Below are positions 47,385 to 57,261 of a DNA stretch of 64,000 bases, in pieces. The DNA comes from an uncultured Candidatus Saccharibacteria bacterium. GTDB taxonomy: Bacteria; Patescibacteriota; Dojkabacteria; J137. The DNA is taken from contig CAZLOI010000001.1 of the NCBI GenBank assembly GCA_964561155.1, positions 178,799 through 242,798 on the forward strand, in the 5' to 3' direction. Numbering within the stretch: the stretch's first letter is position 1; every line of letters begins with the position of its first letter. Below the pieces are notes generated by a model. The model saw only the letters and a program-made list of their open reading frames with translations. It did not search any database and was not told the DNA's origin. The position numbers were made by a program, and so were the translations under genes.

Positions 47385-48025
47385 TGAATATACTATTCTA
47401 TGGACCATCCGGAAGCGGAAAAGATACTCAAGCTGAATTCGTGGTTGAAAATCATGGCTACGTAAGAATCTCGACTGGAGATTTAATTCGTGATATTGCT
47501 AATGGAACTACAGAAATTCAACACCTTTTACAAAAAAGAATGAACGAAGGATTCCTTCCTGACTACTTCGCCCAAGGTGTTTTAGAAGTATACCTTAAAG
47601 ATGTAACATCTCCCGATGTTATATATTCAGGAACGGTAAGAAGATATAGCCAAATTGAACTTTTTGATCAGACACTATCAAATGTTGGAAGGAAGTTAGA
47701 CAAGGTGTTCTACTTTGAACTAAGCGATGAAGAAGCTATCAAAAGAATGTCTGGAAGACTATACTGTCCTGTATGTAACCTAAACTATCACAAGCTATTC
47801 AATTCTCCAAAGAGAGTTGATGTATGCGACAACTGTGGTGGAAAATTGGAACAAAGAGAAGATGATACTGATGAAGGAATTCATAATCGACTAGCAGCTT
47901 TTCATAAGGAGAACGATCAGATTATTCAGAAATACAAGGAGAGAGGAATACTAGTCACTTTCGATGCTTCAAAAAGTATTGAACAAGTAGGAGTGGATGT
48001 TGAACAATATCTAAAAAGCATATAG
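47384..48025 (+). CDS. adk: adenylate kinase with zinc-binding LID
   Basis: P-loop GPSGSGKDTQ, AMP-binding ISTGDLIRD, and a LID with CPVCNLNYH...CDNCGG (Cys4). 213 aa. Confidence 0.85.
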   Translation: MNILFYGPSGSGKDTQAEFVVENHGYVRISTGDLIRDIANGTTEIQHLLQKRMNEGFLPDYFAQGVLEVYLKDVTSPDVIYSGTVRRYSQIELFDQTLSNVGRKLDKVFYFELSDEEAIKRMSGRLYCPVCNLNYHKLFNSPKRVDVCDNCGGKLEQREDDTDEGIHNRLAAFHKENDQIIQKYKERGILVTFDASKSIEQVGVDVEQYLKSI

Positions 48026-48027
48026 GA

Positions 48028-49452
48028 ATGATAACTTACAAATCGTTGATAAAATCTAAGTATGGGTTTAGTGGTAAATCAGATTTTGTACCGGGTTTTG
48101 TTATAACTGCAGATGATATTACTGATCTTGTAGAAGAACACGGCTTTATAGATCTTGTAGCAGGAAACGACCCATATTCAAAAACAGCAGTGCTTTCAAT
48201 ATTAGAAAACTCCCTAGATATAAAGTTTGATAACAAAGTTGAAAAGATATACCAGGAACTAGGAAAGGGTGTATATTCTATTAATTCCGATATTGTTGAG
48301 AATGTTAATACATATAAAGATTTCTACGAATTAATTATTAAATATATTGCCGAGGTAATTTCTACGAAAGGCGAATATGTAGTTGAGATAAGAAGAGTGA
48401 TGAACTATGACATTCATGGGTTTTGTAAGAGAGATACAACAAATAACCTATACATTATTGAATCCGAATACGGAGCAATGGATTTTAATCAGGAATATAC
48501 AGACACATATTTCGTAAATGAGCATGGGGATCTTGTTGATTATTACACTCAGAACCAGCAGAGCATTAGAGTTATAGAAGGGACAACTTTTAAGTACTTA
48601 AAGCTTCCTAGTGTCTTTGCTACAAGAAACAAGCTTAAGCAGGGAAAGATTGAAGAACTAGTTTCTGTGCTTGTAGATAACAAAGAGCTTAAGAACTTTA
48701 GCTATGGGTACAAATCTGGAAAACTATACGTCGAGGAGCTTAATCTAAAAGAGGAAAACGATTATGAGATACTAGATGAAGTAGAGAAAGAAGAGAATAT
48801 CCAGTTCGCTACAGATGTATATGCTCTAATGGATGGAGTAGAGAGGAGCGATACAAGATCAAAGAAAAGATCTTTCTATTTTGATATTTTAAAGAACGCT
48901 AATGTATTTTCTAACTTGCCACTAATTTCAGGAGCGAGAAGGTACATGAGTGTTCCTGACTTTGAATTTATACCAGAGAAACTATCAGCTGTGGAAAGGA
49001 AGTTTGCTAATGAACTAGAATTGTATCTAGAAAACAAGCAGATTGATCATCTGTTGTTTGCAGATTTCCATTATTCTTTAGAAAAATATGCAACACTACT
49101 TGCTCTTGCAGAGAAACATGGTTTCACAGGTCAAATAGTTTCACCATCAATCGTTACTCCTGATGACTCTTTAGGAACAAGAGAAGTGTGGAATAATCTA
49201 TCAGAGAAAACAATGAAACTAAACTTACAGATATCAACACCTTCTGTTCTTGGATATGCTGGGAAGTTTGGAGTTCCTGTAAGCTACAACATCGATAGGT
49301 TAATCTTTAATCTATTTGAAGGACAAAGAGAGGATGAAATAAATGAGTATTTAGATACTGACTGTGATTATTCGTTAATAGTTTCAAGAGGCAACTTAAG
49401 GCTACTGGACAAGAAGCTTGTCGACAAGTCCCGGTTTATCATTATCCGTTAG
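48028..49452 (+). CDS. hypothetical 474-aa soluble protein
   Basis: No recognisable catalytic motif. Sits in an adk - this gene - argS string with 2-50 nt gaps. Confidence 0.3.
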   Translation: MITYKSLIKSKYGFSGKSDFVPGFVITADDITDLVEEHGFIDLVAGNDPYSKTAVLSILENSLDIKFDNKVEKIYQELGKGVYSINSDIVENVNTYKDFYELIIKYIAEVISTKGEYVVEIRRVMNYDIHGFCKRDTTNNLYIIESEYGAMDFNQEYTDTYFVNEHGDLVDYYTQNQQSIRVIEGTTFKYLKLPSVFATRNKLKQGKIEELVSVLVDNKELKNFSYGYKSGKLYVEELNLKEENDYEILDEVEKEENIQFATDVYALMDGVERSDTRSKKRSFYFDILKNANVFSNLPLISGARRYMSVPDFEFIPEKLSAVERKFANELELYLENKQIDHLLFADFHYSLEKYATLLALAEKHGFTGQIVSPSIVTPDDSLGTREVWNNLSEKTMKLNLQISTPSVLGYAGKFGVPVSYNIDRLIFNLFEGQREDEINEYLDTDCDYSLIVSRGNLRLLDKKLVDKSRFIIIR

Positions 49453-49502
49453 TTTGAGGTATAATTTCCTTCGTAAGAGCTCGATTAACTGAACACGTAT
49501 AT

Positions 49503-51287
49503 ATGTTTGATATTAAAGATACATTAGAAAAAACCATTGCTTCAGCTATTCGAAAACTAGGTGTAGATGAACCAGTTGAATTTGTAGTAGAACGACCCAA
49601 AGATGAAACGATGGGGGACTTTGCAACGAATGCAGCTATGGTTCTAGCCAAGCAACTTAAGAAGAGTCCTGTAAAGATTGCAGAGGATCTTAAAGCTGCT
49701 ATGGAGATTCCACCGGTTGTAATCTCAACAGAAGTTGCATCGCCTGGATTTATTAACTTCAAGATTGATTCAACATACTTCCTTCACTTTGTAGTAGATG
49801 TTTTAGACAAAGGAGAAAAGTACGGAAGAAGTGAATGGGGACAAGGAAAGCACTGGCTTATAGAGCATACTAGTGCAAACCCTAACAAGGCTATGCATTT
49901 TGGTCATCTTCGAAATAATGTTTTAGGTATGGCTATATCAAATATTTGGGAAGCGATGGGACTTGAAGTAACTAGAGACTATATCGACAACAACAGAGGA
50001 ATCGCTATTTCTAAACTAATGTGGGGATATCTTAAGTTCGCTAGAAAAGATGGTCGAACAAGTACAGATATTAAGTATTGGTTTGAAAACCGAGATCAAT
50101 GGTTAACACCAGAAGAAACAGGAGAAAAGACAGATCATTTTATAGACAAGCTATATCTACAAGCTTCAAAAGATGTTGAAGAGAACAAGGAATCTGAACA
50201 GATAGTACGCCAGATGGTTATAGATTGGGAAGCTGAAGATCAGATTACTTGGGAGCTATGGCGTCTAGTTATGAACTATTCTCACAAAGGACTAAGGGAA
50301 ACTATGGAGAGGTTAGGTGGCGTTGTTGACCACTATTGGTATGAACATGAAATATATCAGCAAGGAAAAGACATTGTAGAAGAAGGTTTAGAAAAAGGTA
50401 TATTCCAGAAACTAGAAGATGGAGCAGTACTTACAAACCTAAAGGACTTTAAGATTCCAGATACTGTAGTTTTAAAAAGAGATGGTACTTCTTTGTACAT
50501 TACGCAAGATCTTGCATTAACAAAACTTAAGAAGGAAACATTTAGTCCAGACAAAATGCACTGGGTAGTGGGACCTGACCAAAATCTTGCGCTAAGGCAG
50601 GTATTCGCAGTTAGTGAACAACTTGGAGTTGCACCGTATGACAGTTTTGTTCATATAACATTTGGTTATGTCACTATCAAAGGCTCAGGAAAGATGAGTT
50701 CAAGAAAAGGAAATGTTATATACATTGATGATCTGCTGGATCAGGCAAAAGCTGAAGTATTAAAGAAACTGGATGCAAAAGACATCTCGGATGAAGAGAA
50801 GTTAGAAATAGCAGAGAAGGTTGGAATTGGTTCTGTTAAGTACAGTATATTAAAACTTGGAAGAACAACCGATCTAGAATATGATTTCGATACCTCTTTG
50901 TCGTTTGATGGAGATTCAGCACCTTATGTAATGTACACGTTTGTTCGCGCAAAGAATATCGTTAGCCAGTTCACTTCGTTAGATGATGTAACCGAAGATC
51001 TATTAATGGTTAATCTGATTAAAGAAGAAGAGTTAGATCTAGCGAGACATCTATACAAGTTTGAAGATGTAATATTTGAATCTGGAATTAACTATTCTCC
51101 AAACCTATTAACACTGTATCTATATGAATTGTCTCAACTCTATAACAAGTTCTATAACAACTTAGATATTCTAACCTCCCCTACAGAAGAACTTAAGAAG
51201 AGTAGGGTAGCGTTAAGCAAGGCAGTAGCAATAGTTATTCACAATGGTTTAAAGCTTCTTGGAATTAGTACTGTAGACAAAATGTAA
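49503..51287 (+). CDS. argS: arginyl-tRNA synthetase
   Basis: N-terminal Add-1-like domain, HIGH region HTSANPNKAMHFGHLRN and a C-terminal DALR-type anticodon-binding domain. 594 aa. Confidence 0.85.
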   Translation: MFDIKDTLEKTIASAIRKLGVDEPVEFVVERPKDETMGDFATNAAMVLAKQLKKSPVKIAEDLKAAMEIPPVVISTEVASPGFINFKIDSTYFLHFVVDVLDKGEKYGRSEWGQGKHWLIEHTSANPNKAMHFGHLRNNVLGMAISNIWEAMGLEVTRDYIDNNRGIAISKLMWGYLKFARKDGRTSTDIKYWFENRDQWLTPEETGEKTDHFIDKLYLQASKDVEENKESEQIVRQMVIDWEAEDQITWELWRLVMNYSHKGLRETMERLGGVVDHYWYEHEIYQQGKDIVEEGLEKGIFQKLEDGAVLTNLKDFKIPDTVVLKRDGTSLYITQDLALTKLKKETFSPDKMHWVVGPDQNLALRQVFAVSEQLGVAPYDSFVHITFGYVTIKGSGKMSSRKGNVIYIDDLLDQAKAEVLKKLDAKDISDEEKLEIAEKVGIGSVKYSILKLGRTTDLEYDFDTSLSFDGDSAPYVMYTFVRAKNIVSQFTSLDDVTEDLLMVNLIKEEELDLARHLYKFEDVIFESGINYSPNLLTLYLYELSQLYNKFYNNLDILTSPTEELKKSRVALSKAVAIVIHNGLKLLGISTVDKM

Positions 51288-51289
51288 TC

Positions 51290-52555
51290 TTATTTTTGTT
51301 CTTCTTTTACCTCAAAGCTCCCTTCAATATCCTCTTCGAAATTAAGTACCAGTTTTACAAGAGCTACTGATACTATTAGGAACATATATAGATTAGCGAT
51401 TGAGTACTCATTAACCGCAGTCTTAACAACAAAAGCTGTGAAGGCAAGGAACACAAAGAACAACTTCCTGTCCCCCAGTATCCTATTCAAAAACCTTAAC
51501 GAAATTGCTATTGGAGCTACAAATATAATTGTTCCGATAGCTCCTAGTTGAGTTAGGGTATCTAGTATAAAGCTGTGCGCCCTGTCTACGTTAAGTCCTG
51601 GGAATGCATTTCGGCTCAAGAACACATTGTTCAAATTATCAAAACCATATCCAAATACCTTGTTCTGAATAGGTGCATCGATGAAGGCAAAGAAACTCTT
51701 CTTCCATATATCTATATGCATTTCATATCCTGGATAGTAGTAGTGTGCAAGAACCATTCCTGGTATTAAGAGTGTATATAAAAGTATAAAGATGTACTTA
51801 AGAAGTCTTTTAAATCCAAGTTCAAAGATGATAATTAAAGATACTGCTAGAACCAAAGTTAATATTCCCCATCTAGAAAGAGAAAGGAATGTTCCAACGG
51901 AGAAGAGAACTATTAAACTGGCGTATGGTAGTTTGTTTCTTGCATGAAGCTTCTTCCCAAAGAAATATGCTGCTGCTATTACTCCAAATATCATTAATGT
52001 TGAAAAGAAATTTGTTTGACCAAAGAACCCATTAACATAGAATCCCTTTGCAAACTTCTCTGGGTCGCTCATCAAGTCCTTGAATTGAAGCAGTGCTCTA
52101 ATAGCGTTCATGAATGATGCTACGAGTATGGTTAAGAATAGATACTTGATGTGTCTAGATTCAAAGATTCTATAGATAACGATTAAGGATAGGAAGACAG
52201 GTAGATAGAGTAGAATACCTTGGTTTCTGAATACATTTCCAAACAAGGAAACGTTTTGGTTAATTGCAAAGACAAGATTAAATATAGCGGTAAAGATACT
52301 AACTACAATGAATATCTTGTCGAGTCTCGTTAGGAAATGTTTTTGAAACTCTAAATACGACCCACACAGTATTATAAAGATACTCGCAATACGTATAGTT
52401 TCTACCTTTGGAAACTCATAACCAGTGCCGTTATATAGTTTGGATGGATCAATGATTCCTGATGATATTAACAAGGCGAGTAAAGCTATCAGAATAATTA
52501 CTCTTCTAGTAGTAAAGATGGAAAGAGATCTGGAAATTAATGTTGCTGTGGTCAT
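51290..52555 (-). CDS. O-antigen ligase (Wzy_C)-like polytopic membrane protein
   Basis: About 10 TMs with a periplasmic loop carrying RAHSFILDTLTQLGAIGTIIF (Wzy_C-like AH..L....E.G..G). Confidence 0.45.
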   Translation of the reverse strand: MTTATLISRSLSIFTTRRVIILIALLALLISSGIIDPSKLYNGTGYEFPKVETIRIASIFIILCGSYLEFQKHFLTRLDKIFIVVSIFTAIFNLVFAINQNVSLFGNVFRNQGILLYLPVFLSLIVIYRIFESRHIKYLFLTILVASFMNAIRALLQFKDLMSDPEKFAKGFYVNGFFGQTNFFSTLMIFGVIAAAYFFGKKLHARNKLPYASLIVLFSVGTFLSLSRWGILTLVLAVSLIIIFELGFKRLLKYIFILLYTLLIPGMVLAHYYYPGYEMHIDIWKKSFFAFIDAPIQNKVFGYGFDNLNNVFLSRNAFPGLNVDRAHSFILDTLTQLGAIGTIIFVAPIAISLRFLNRILGDRKLFFVFLAFTAFVVKTAVNEYSIANLYMFLIVSVALVKLVLNFEEDIEGSFEVKEEQK

Positions 52556-52950
52556 TAGTCTAATTTGTACTTGTTTCTAATATCTTCTGCTTTGGTCATG
52601 TCTAGTTTTCCTGTAATACTTCTCATTGCATCGTTAAATCGATTGTCCTGCTTTGGAATTAAGTGAATATGGGCATAGGGGACTCCTTCGCCATGGATTA
52701 AAGAGTATACAACATCTTGATTTGTGACTTTCTTAAAATGATTGGCAATCTTTTGGCATGCTTGCATTACTTCTTTAATATCTTCAATCTCCCATACCCA
52801 CTTTGCATATTTCTTAGGTACAACCAAGGTATGCCCTTCCATTACAGGCTCAATATCTAGGAAAGCAAGAACGTGTTCATCTTCATATATCTTGTATGCA
52901 GGTATTTCACCTCGTAATATTTTTGAGAATACATCGTCTCTTTGTTCCAT
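52555..52950 (-). CDS. HIT-family (histidine triad) nucleotide hydrolase
   Basis: Histidine triad AHIHLIP near the C-terminus. The N-terminus (KILRGEIPAYKIYEDEHVLAFLDIEPVMEGHTLVVPK) is typical of Hint proteins. Confidence 0.75.
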   Translation of the reverse strand: MEQRDDVFSKILRGEIPAYKIYEDEHVLAFLDIEPVMEGHTLVVPKKYAKWVWEIEDIKEVMQACQKIANHFKKVTNQDVVYSLIHGEGVPYAHIHLIPKQDNRFNDAMRSITGKLDMTKAEDIRNKYKLD

Positions 52951-53035
52951 ATTTAAGCTGCGAATTAAATATTGATTAGTGTTGTTGATTTAAATATCTT
53001 TCTAAAATTATAACAGCAATGTATATAGATATTAC

Positions 53036-53422
53036 TTACTTTATTAGTCTGTTGCTATGTTCTAAGGAGCAGATTGTAGTTTTGCCCCATATTCTATGTC
53101 TATTGATACTTACTCTTTTGTAAATGTAATCTCGTATTGGCCTTGGTATGAGTAGGAGTATGATTAGAGGTTTAAGATAGATGGTTAATGACGATAATAT
53201 TTCTAATACAGCACTAGATTGTAATAGTATCTTTGGCTTTGTTTTGAAATCTTTAACTAGTATTATTGTTCCTTCGGACAAGGAAGAAGGGAGTTCTAAA
53301 GTCTTATATATTCTTGATACAGAGGATGCGAAATAGTATCTGTTTCTACTATCTCGATCCAGTACATACTTTGTAAACTTGTTACAAAGTATGCAAGTAT
53401 CGTCAAATACTATTAGGTCCAA
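53036..53422 (-). CDS. thiol-disulfide oxidoreductase DCC-family protein (DUF393)
   Basis: N-terminal LIVFDDTCILCN CxxC motif, characteristic of the DCC family. 128 aa. Confidence 0.55.
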   Translation of the reverse strand: MDLIVFDDTCILCNKFTKYVLDRDSRNRYYFASSVSRIYKTLELPSSLSEGTIILVKDFKTKPKILLQSSAVLEILSSLTIYLKPLIILLLIPRPIRDYIYKRVSINRHRIWGKTTICSLEHSNRLIK

Positions 53423-53426
53423 TTAT

Positions 53427-54656
53427 TTAAAAACTAACGATAGTACTTTCTTTCTCGTTTCTCTTCTTTAATTCATATCCACCAGCTGCGATACTCTTTT
53501 CAGATACTACTATCCTATTTGGTATACCAATAGCATCTGCATCATTTAATTTAACACCTGCAGATTCCTTTCTGTCATCCCATAGAATATCTCCCTTAAA
53601 CATCTCATAAATCTCTTCTGATTTCTTCCAAACCTCTTCTGATGTTCCAAGAGTAACAAGGTGATATTTGAATGGAGCAATGTTCTCTGTCCAAATGATT
53701 CCTTTTTCATCACTAAACATTTCTACGATAACACCCATAACTCTAGATGTACCGATACCATAGCACCCCATAATAATATCTTTTAATTCTCCATTTTCAT
53801 CCTGATACTTAACTTCAAATGCATCTGTAAACTTTGTTTCAAGAGGGAATATATTTCCAACCTCACATGCTCTAACCTTTTCTAGCTTAGTTACATCTAC
53901 ATTCATAGCTTTGAAAGTCTCTTCTTCTAGTATCTCATCGTTGTATGCAATATTGTTTTCTCGGTCTAAGTAGATAGTATCTTCACCAGCTTCTGTTACA
54001 GTCTGGAATTCATGAGAGAACTTTTCTGTGAAGTCACCTCCACTTGCTAGTGTTAGGAATGTTGAATCCCCAAGTCCTAAGTCTGCAAATACATCCATAT
54101 ATACTTTTTTCATTAGTTCGTAGTATTTAAGAAAGTCTTCTTCGTCTGCATGGAAAGAGTAGAGGTCTTTCATTCTAAATTCTCTTCCTCTCAATAGTCC
54201 TGACTTCGCTCTAGCTTCGTTTCTGAATTTTGTTTGAATTTGATACAAAGAAACAGGTAGGGAAGTATAGCTGTTAATAAATTCTCCAGCTAATGGCGTA
54301 ACTATTTCTTCGTGTGTAGAACCCAAGATGTAGCTTTGTGAGTTCATTTCTTGAGAAGCTGCATTAGCACCAACTGTTTTTAAAAGCACGCCTACTTTTT
54401 CTAGTCTGTTTGTTTTCTCCCAGTTAGCAATTGGGTGAAGGGATGGCATAAAGACTTCTGTAGATACAGCGTCCATGTGCTTTCTAACTAGATCTTCAAT
54501 TTTTCTAAGTACTCGTACTCCTAATGGTTCGTATGAATATACTCCAGCTAGTTCCTGCTTAATAAAGTTGGCTTTAAGAAGTAGCTTTGCATTTGTAGAC
54601 TCTATATCTTCTGCTATATCTCTTCTTGTATGTATAAAGTTTTTTGTAAATCTCAT
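53427..54656 (-). CDS. proS: prolyl-tRNA synthetase, short form lacking the INS editing domain
   Basis: Class II motifs collinear with bacterial ProRS (LGVRVLRKIEDLVRKHMD, SLYQIQTKFRNEARAKSGLLRGREFRMKDLYSFH) and a C-terminal anticodon-binding domain. Only 409 aa, so there is no insertion/editing domain. Confidence 0.75.
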   Translation of the reverse strand: MRFTKNFIHTRRDIAEDIESTNAKLLLKANFIKQELAGVYSYEPLGVRVLRKIEDLVRKHMDAVSTEVFMPSLHPIANWEKTNRLEKVGVLLKTVGANAASQEMNSQSYILGSTHEEIVTPLAGEFINSYTSLPVSLYQIQTKFRNEARAKSGLLRGREFRMKDLYSFHADEEDFLKYYELMKKVYMDVFADLGLGDSTFLTLASGGDFTEKFSHEFQTVTEAGEDTIYLDRENNIAYNDEILEEETFKAMNVDVTKLEKVRACEVGNIFPLETKFTDAFEVKYQDENGELKDIIMGCYGIGTSRVMGVIVEMFSDEKGIIWTENIAPFKYHLVTLGTSEEVWKKSEEIYEMFKGDILWDDRKESAGVKLNDADAIGIPNRIVVSEKSIAAGGYELKKRNEKESTIVSF

Positions 54657-54694
54657 ATATTAATTCTAATTTAAATATTACTGAATGTCTCTAG

Positions 54695-55027
54695 TTAGTA
54701 AAGTCTTCCCCCAATGGGAACATCTAAACTCGGTGTAATTAGAATGCAATTATGACTCTGATCAGGTATGCCTAAAGTTAGTACTTCTGATATGAATGGT
54801 CCAATCTGCCTAGGAGGGAAGTTCACTACGCCTAGCACTTTCATTCCTACAAGAGCTTCTTTTGTATAGTTCTGAGTAACCTGTACTGATGATTTCTTTA
54901 TTCCAATTTCATCACCGAAGTTTATAGTGATTTTGTATGCAGGTTTCCTAGCTTCAGGGAAATCTTCAACACTAATTATTTCTCCAACTCTGATGTCTAG
55001 TTTAAGAAAGTCTTCGATGCTTGCCAT
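54695..55027 (-). CDS. standalone tRNA-binding protein (CsaA / Trbp111, Myf/EMAP fold)
   Basis: LDIRVGEIISVEDFPEARKPAYKITINFGDE....VGMKVLGVVNF is the canonical tRNA_bind OB-fold domain. 110 aa. Confidence 0.7.
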   Translation of the reverse strand: MASIEDFLKLDIRVGEIISVEDFPEARKPAYKITINFGDEIGIKKSSVQVTQNYTKEALVGMKVLGVVNFPPRQIGPFISEVLTLGIPDQSHNCILITPSLDVPIGGRLY

Positions 55028-55281
55028 AATACAAGGTATAAAATAAATAAAAAAACCTCATTCCTGCTAAACACGATATATCGTATTTAGTAAGAACGAG
55101 GTTCTCTCGTGGTACCATCTTACTTTTTCTTAACATTGCTATTAAGAACTTGGTAACTGAAATCAGTTTCTCCTTTGTATCTCTAGAGTAGAGGAGCATT
55201 ATTCACTTTCGTGCAGTTTTGCTCTCACTCAGAAGGCTGGGAACCTTCTTCATTGTGAATACCTAGATTATATCAGAATAA

Positions 55282-55899
55282 TTAAGGTTCTTCAAAATTC
55301 ACTTCATCAGGCACAGATTCCACTGCTGTTTCAGTATCTCTTTCTGCAAATGCTTTGTATCCAGGCATATGTGTTGCCTTAAGCTGTGTAAGAGTCTGTG
55401 TTGGGTGATTTGGTATGTAGTTAAGTGCTTGAACAATGTTGTCTGGGAATAGAGTTGTATTAGGAATTGTTTTTAAAACTTCTAGTAGTTCTTCTAATAA
55501 CAATACCAACTGATTCTCTACATCAAGGATTCCATCTAGACCTTTTTTTGCCTGAATAGTATTCAAGATATCTGCCAGTAACTCTTTATCAGAAAACAGG
55601 AATGCCAAAGAATACACTGAATCCTCTCTGAACAAAGCATTTCTTGTAGTACCTAATATTTCATCTGGACTAACAATACTACGAAGAAAATTAACTGCTT
55701 TATTGCAAGAAGCGGAAAGGAGTTCTCTTTGACTAGGTTCCATCCATTCATATCTAGGAACAGTTGGAGCAGGTCTCCAGTTAGCCATCATTTCTGCATG
55801 CTTTGCAAGATTTGCTTGAGATTCAGGTGCAGTGATATCTACTTGAGTTGGAGCTTTCTTTACAGGAACTTCTGTAGGTGTTGGTATTAAATCTGACAT
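55282..55899 (-). CDS. hypothetical protein (alpha-helical, acidic termini)
   Basis: 205 aa with no recognisable motif. Confidence 0.3.
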   Translation of the reverse strand: MSDLIPTPTEVPVKKAPTQVDITAPESQANLAKHAEMMANWRPAPTVPRYEWMEPSQRELLSASCNKAVNFLRSIVSPDEILGTTRNALFREDSVYSLAFLFSDKELLADILNTIQAKKGLDGILDVENQLVLLLEELLEVLKTIPNTTLFPDNIVQALNYIPNHPTQTLTQLKATHMPGYKAFAERDTETAVESVPDEVNFEEP

Positions 55900-55931
55900 G
55901 TTATGTTTAGATTAAATAGACTAGAGTGATA

Positions 55932-56219
55932 CTAAACTGCAGCTGGAACTTCATTCAAACTTTTTCTACCTTCCAGTACTCCTTCAAGCGCTTCGAAATA
56001 TGCTTCTGTGCTTTCGTTAGACAGGATTTGCATAAGTGCAGAATTGTGTTTTCCTATCCTATCAGCAAGGTTTTCCTCTGTAGTCTCAATTCCCACTTCC
56101 TGTAGAAGTGGTAGAACTTTATCCCACTTGCCACCAAAAATCCACATTCCTATTTGCAACGCATTTTCTACTTTAAGCTGCTCAGGTGTTAGTTTTGTAT
56201 TTTCAGCAATATCGTTCAT
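55932..56219 (-). CDS. hypothetical small helical protein
   Basis: 95 aa with no recognisable motif. Divergent from 56363. Confidence 0.3.
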   Translation of the reverse strand: MNDIAENTKLTPEQLKVENALQIGMWIFGGKWDKVLPLLQEVGIETTEENLADRIGKHNSALMQILSNESTEAYFEALEGVLEGRKSLNEVPAAV

Positions 56220-56362
56220 ATTTTATATTTAACAACTAATATTAATCTCATCAATACTAATAATATATCAAAAGTATCAACTTTGTATACACAGAGCTTT
56301 AAATTGGTACACTGTAAGGCTTTAAGAAAGATGATATTGATGATAAAATACTTCACCAATAT

Positions 56363-56788
56363 ATGGAAACAGAAGTAGAGCCAAAACCAAATACAAAATT
56401 AGAAATGAGTGAAGAAGTTTATGGACAATTCATGGAATCACTTTTGAACATTAGAGTTCAAGATGTTAATGACGAATCATGGGTAAGGTTTACAGAGATA
56501 GCCCAAGTGCTAGCATTGTATCTTGATTCTAAAGACTTTGTCGAGGTGCTCTCAGGTTTCATTCCAATGTGCTTCAATTATAATCCAGCTCTTGCTATAG
56601 CCCAATTAAAGAAGCTGATCGCTACTAATGAAAAAACAAAGAATCAAAGAGTAAATAGTGGAAACCCAAGGTATGCAAATCTTGGACTTATGATTCAAGT
56701 AGTAACTCGTGGATATTCGAAGATTAAAGCTATAGCTGGTGTCTCCTACGATTCTTTAGATATCTCAGCAGACTCACTAAATGGATAA
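56363..56788 (+). CDS. hypothetical small helical protein
   Basis: 141 aa with no recognisable motif. Confidence 0.3.
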   Translation: METEVEPKPNTKLEMSEEVYGQFMESLLNIRVQDVNDESWVRFTEIAQVLALYLDSKDFVEVLSGFIPMCFNYNPALAIAQLKKLIATNEKTKNQRVNSGNPRYANLGLMIQVVTRGYSKIKAIAGVSYDSLDISADSLNG

Positions 56789-57221
56789 CGGGACTCAAGA
56801 ACATGTACAAGAAGATGTAGTAGCTTTTTATCTCAAAGAGCTTACAAAACTCATGAATCAACCTGATTCAGATACACCTGCTAACTGGGAAACAATGTTA
56901 AGCTACATTCACCAAATACTAGGAAATACTCCAAGCAACGAATGGGATCTAAATAGAGAGGTTCTAATAAACGTAATGTTAACTGCAAATAAATACAACA
57001 TTGGATTATTAGACAAAAGAAAGAAAAACATGCTGGAAAGAAGCAAAAGAAGAGGGCAGTATGCAGCATTAGATTCTAAGGAAGCAAAAATCTACAATCA
57101 ACTTTTCCACGTACTTGCTGAAGCTACAACCCTTGCATACAAAAGAGCTATAAATCGAAAAAGGAACAAGGTAGATAAAGAACCTAAATTACAGAGTCTA
57201 GATACTAACCAAGAGGCATAA
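56781..57221 (+). CDS. hypothetical small helical protein with basic C-terminal region
   Basis: 146 aa. Overlaps the upstream gene by 8 nt. K/R-rich stretch KRKKNMLERSKRRG. Confidence 0.3.
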   Translation: MDNGTQEHVQEDVVAFYLKELTKLMNQPDSDTPANWETMLSYIHQILGNTPSNEWDLNREVLINVMLTANKYNIGLLDKRKKNMLERSKRRGQYAALDSKEAKIYNQLFHVLAEATTLAYKRAINRKRNKVDKEPKLQSLDTNQEA

Positions 57222-57249
57222 AAAAAGACCCTTTCGGGTCTTTCTTTAA
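57222..57249. terminator. bidirectional rho-independent terminator AAAGACCC-TTTC-GGGTCTTT flanked by A-run and T-run
   Basis: 8-bp GC-containing stem, 4-nt loop, with A6 on the 5' side and TTTCTTT on the 3' side. It sits between convergent genes ending at 57221 and 57262. Confidence 0.55.
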
Positions 57250-57261
57250 TTCATTAGTTTC

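Noticed and set aside
55002-55199. 65-aa minus-strand ORF in the 254-bp gap
   Set aside because: No RBS and basic low-complexity composition. It overlaps the start of the CsaA-like gene, so it is more likely a non-coding leader or promoter.
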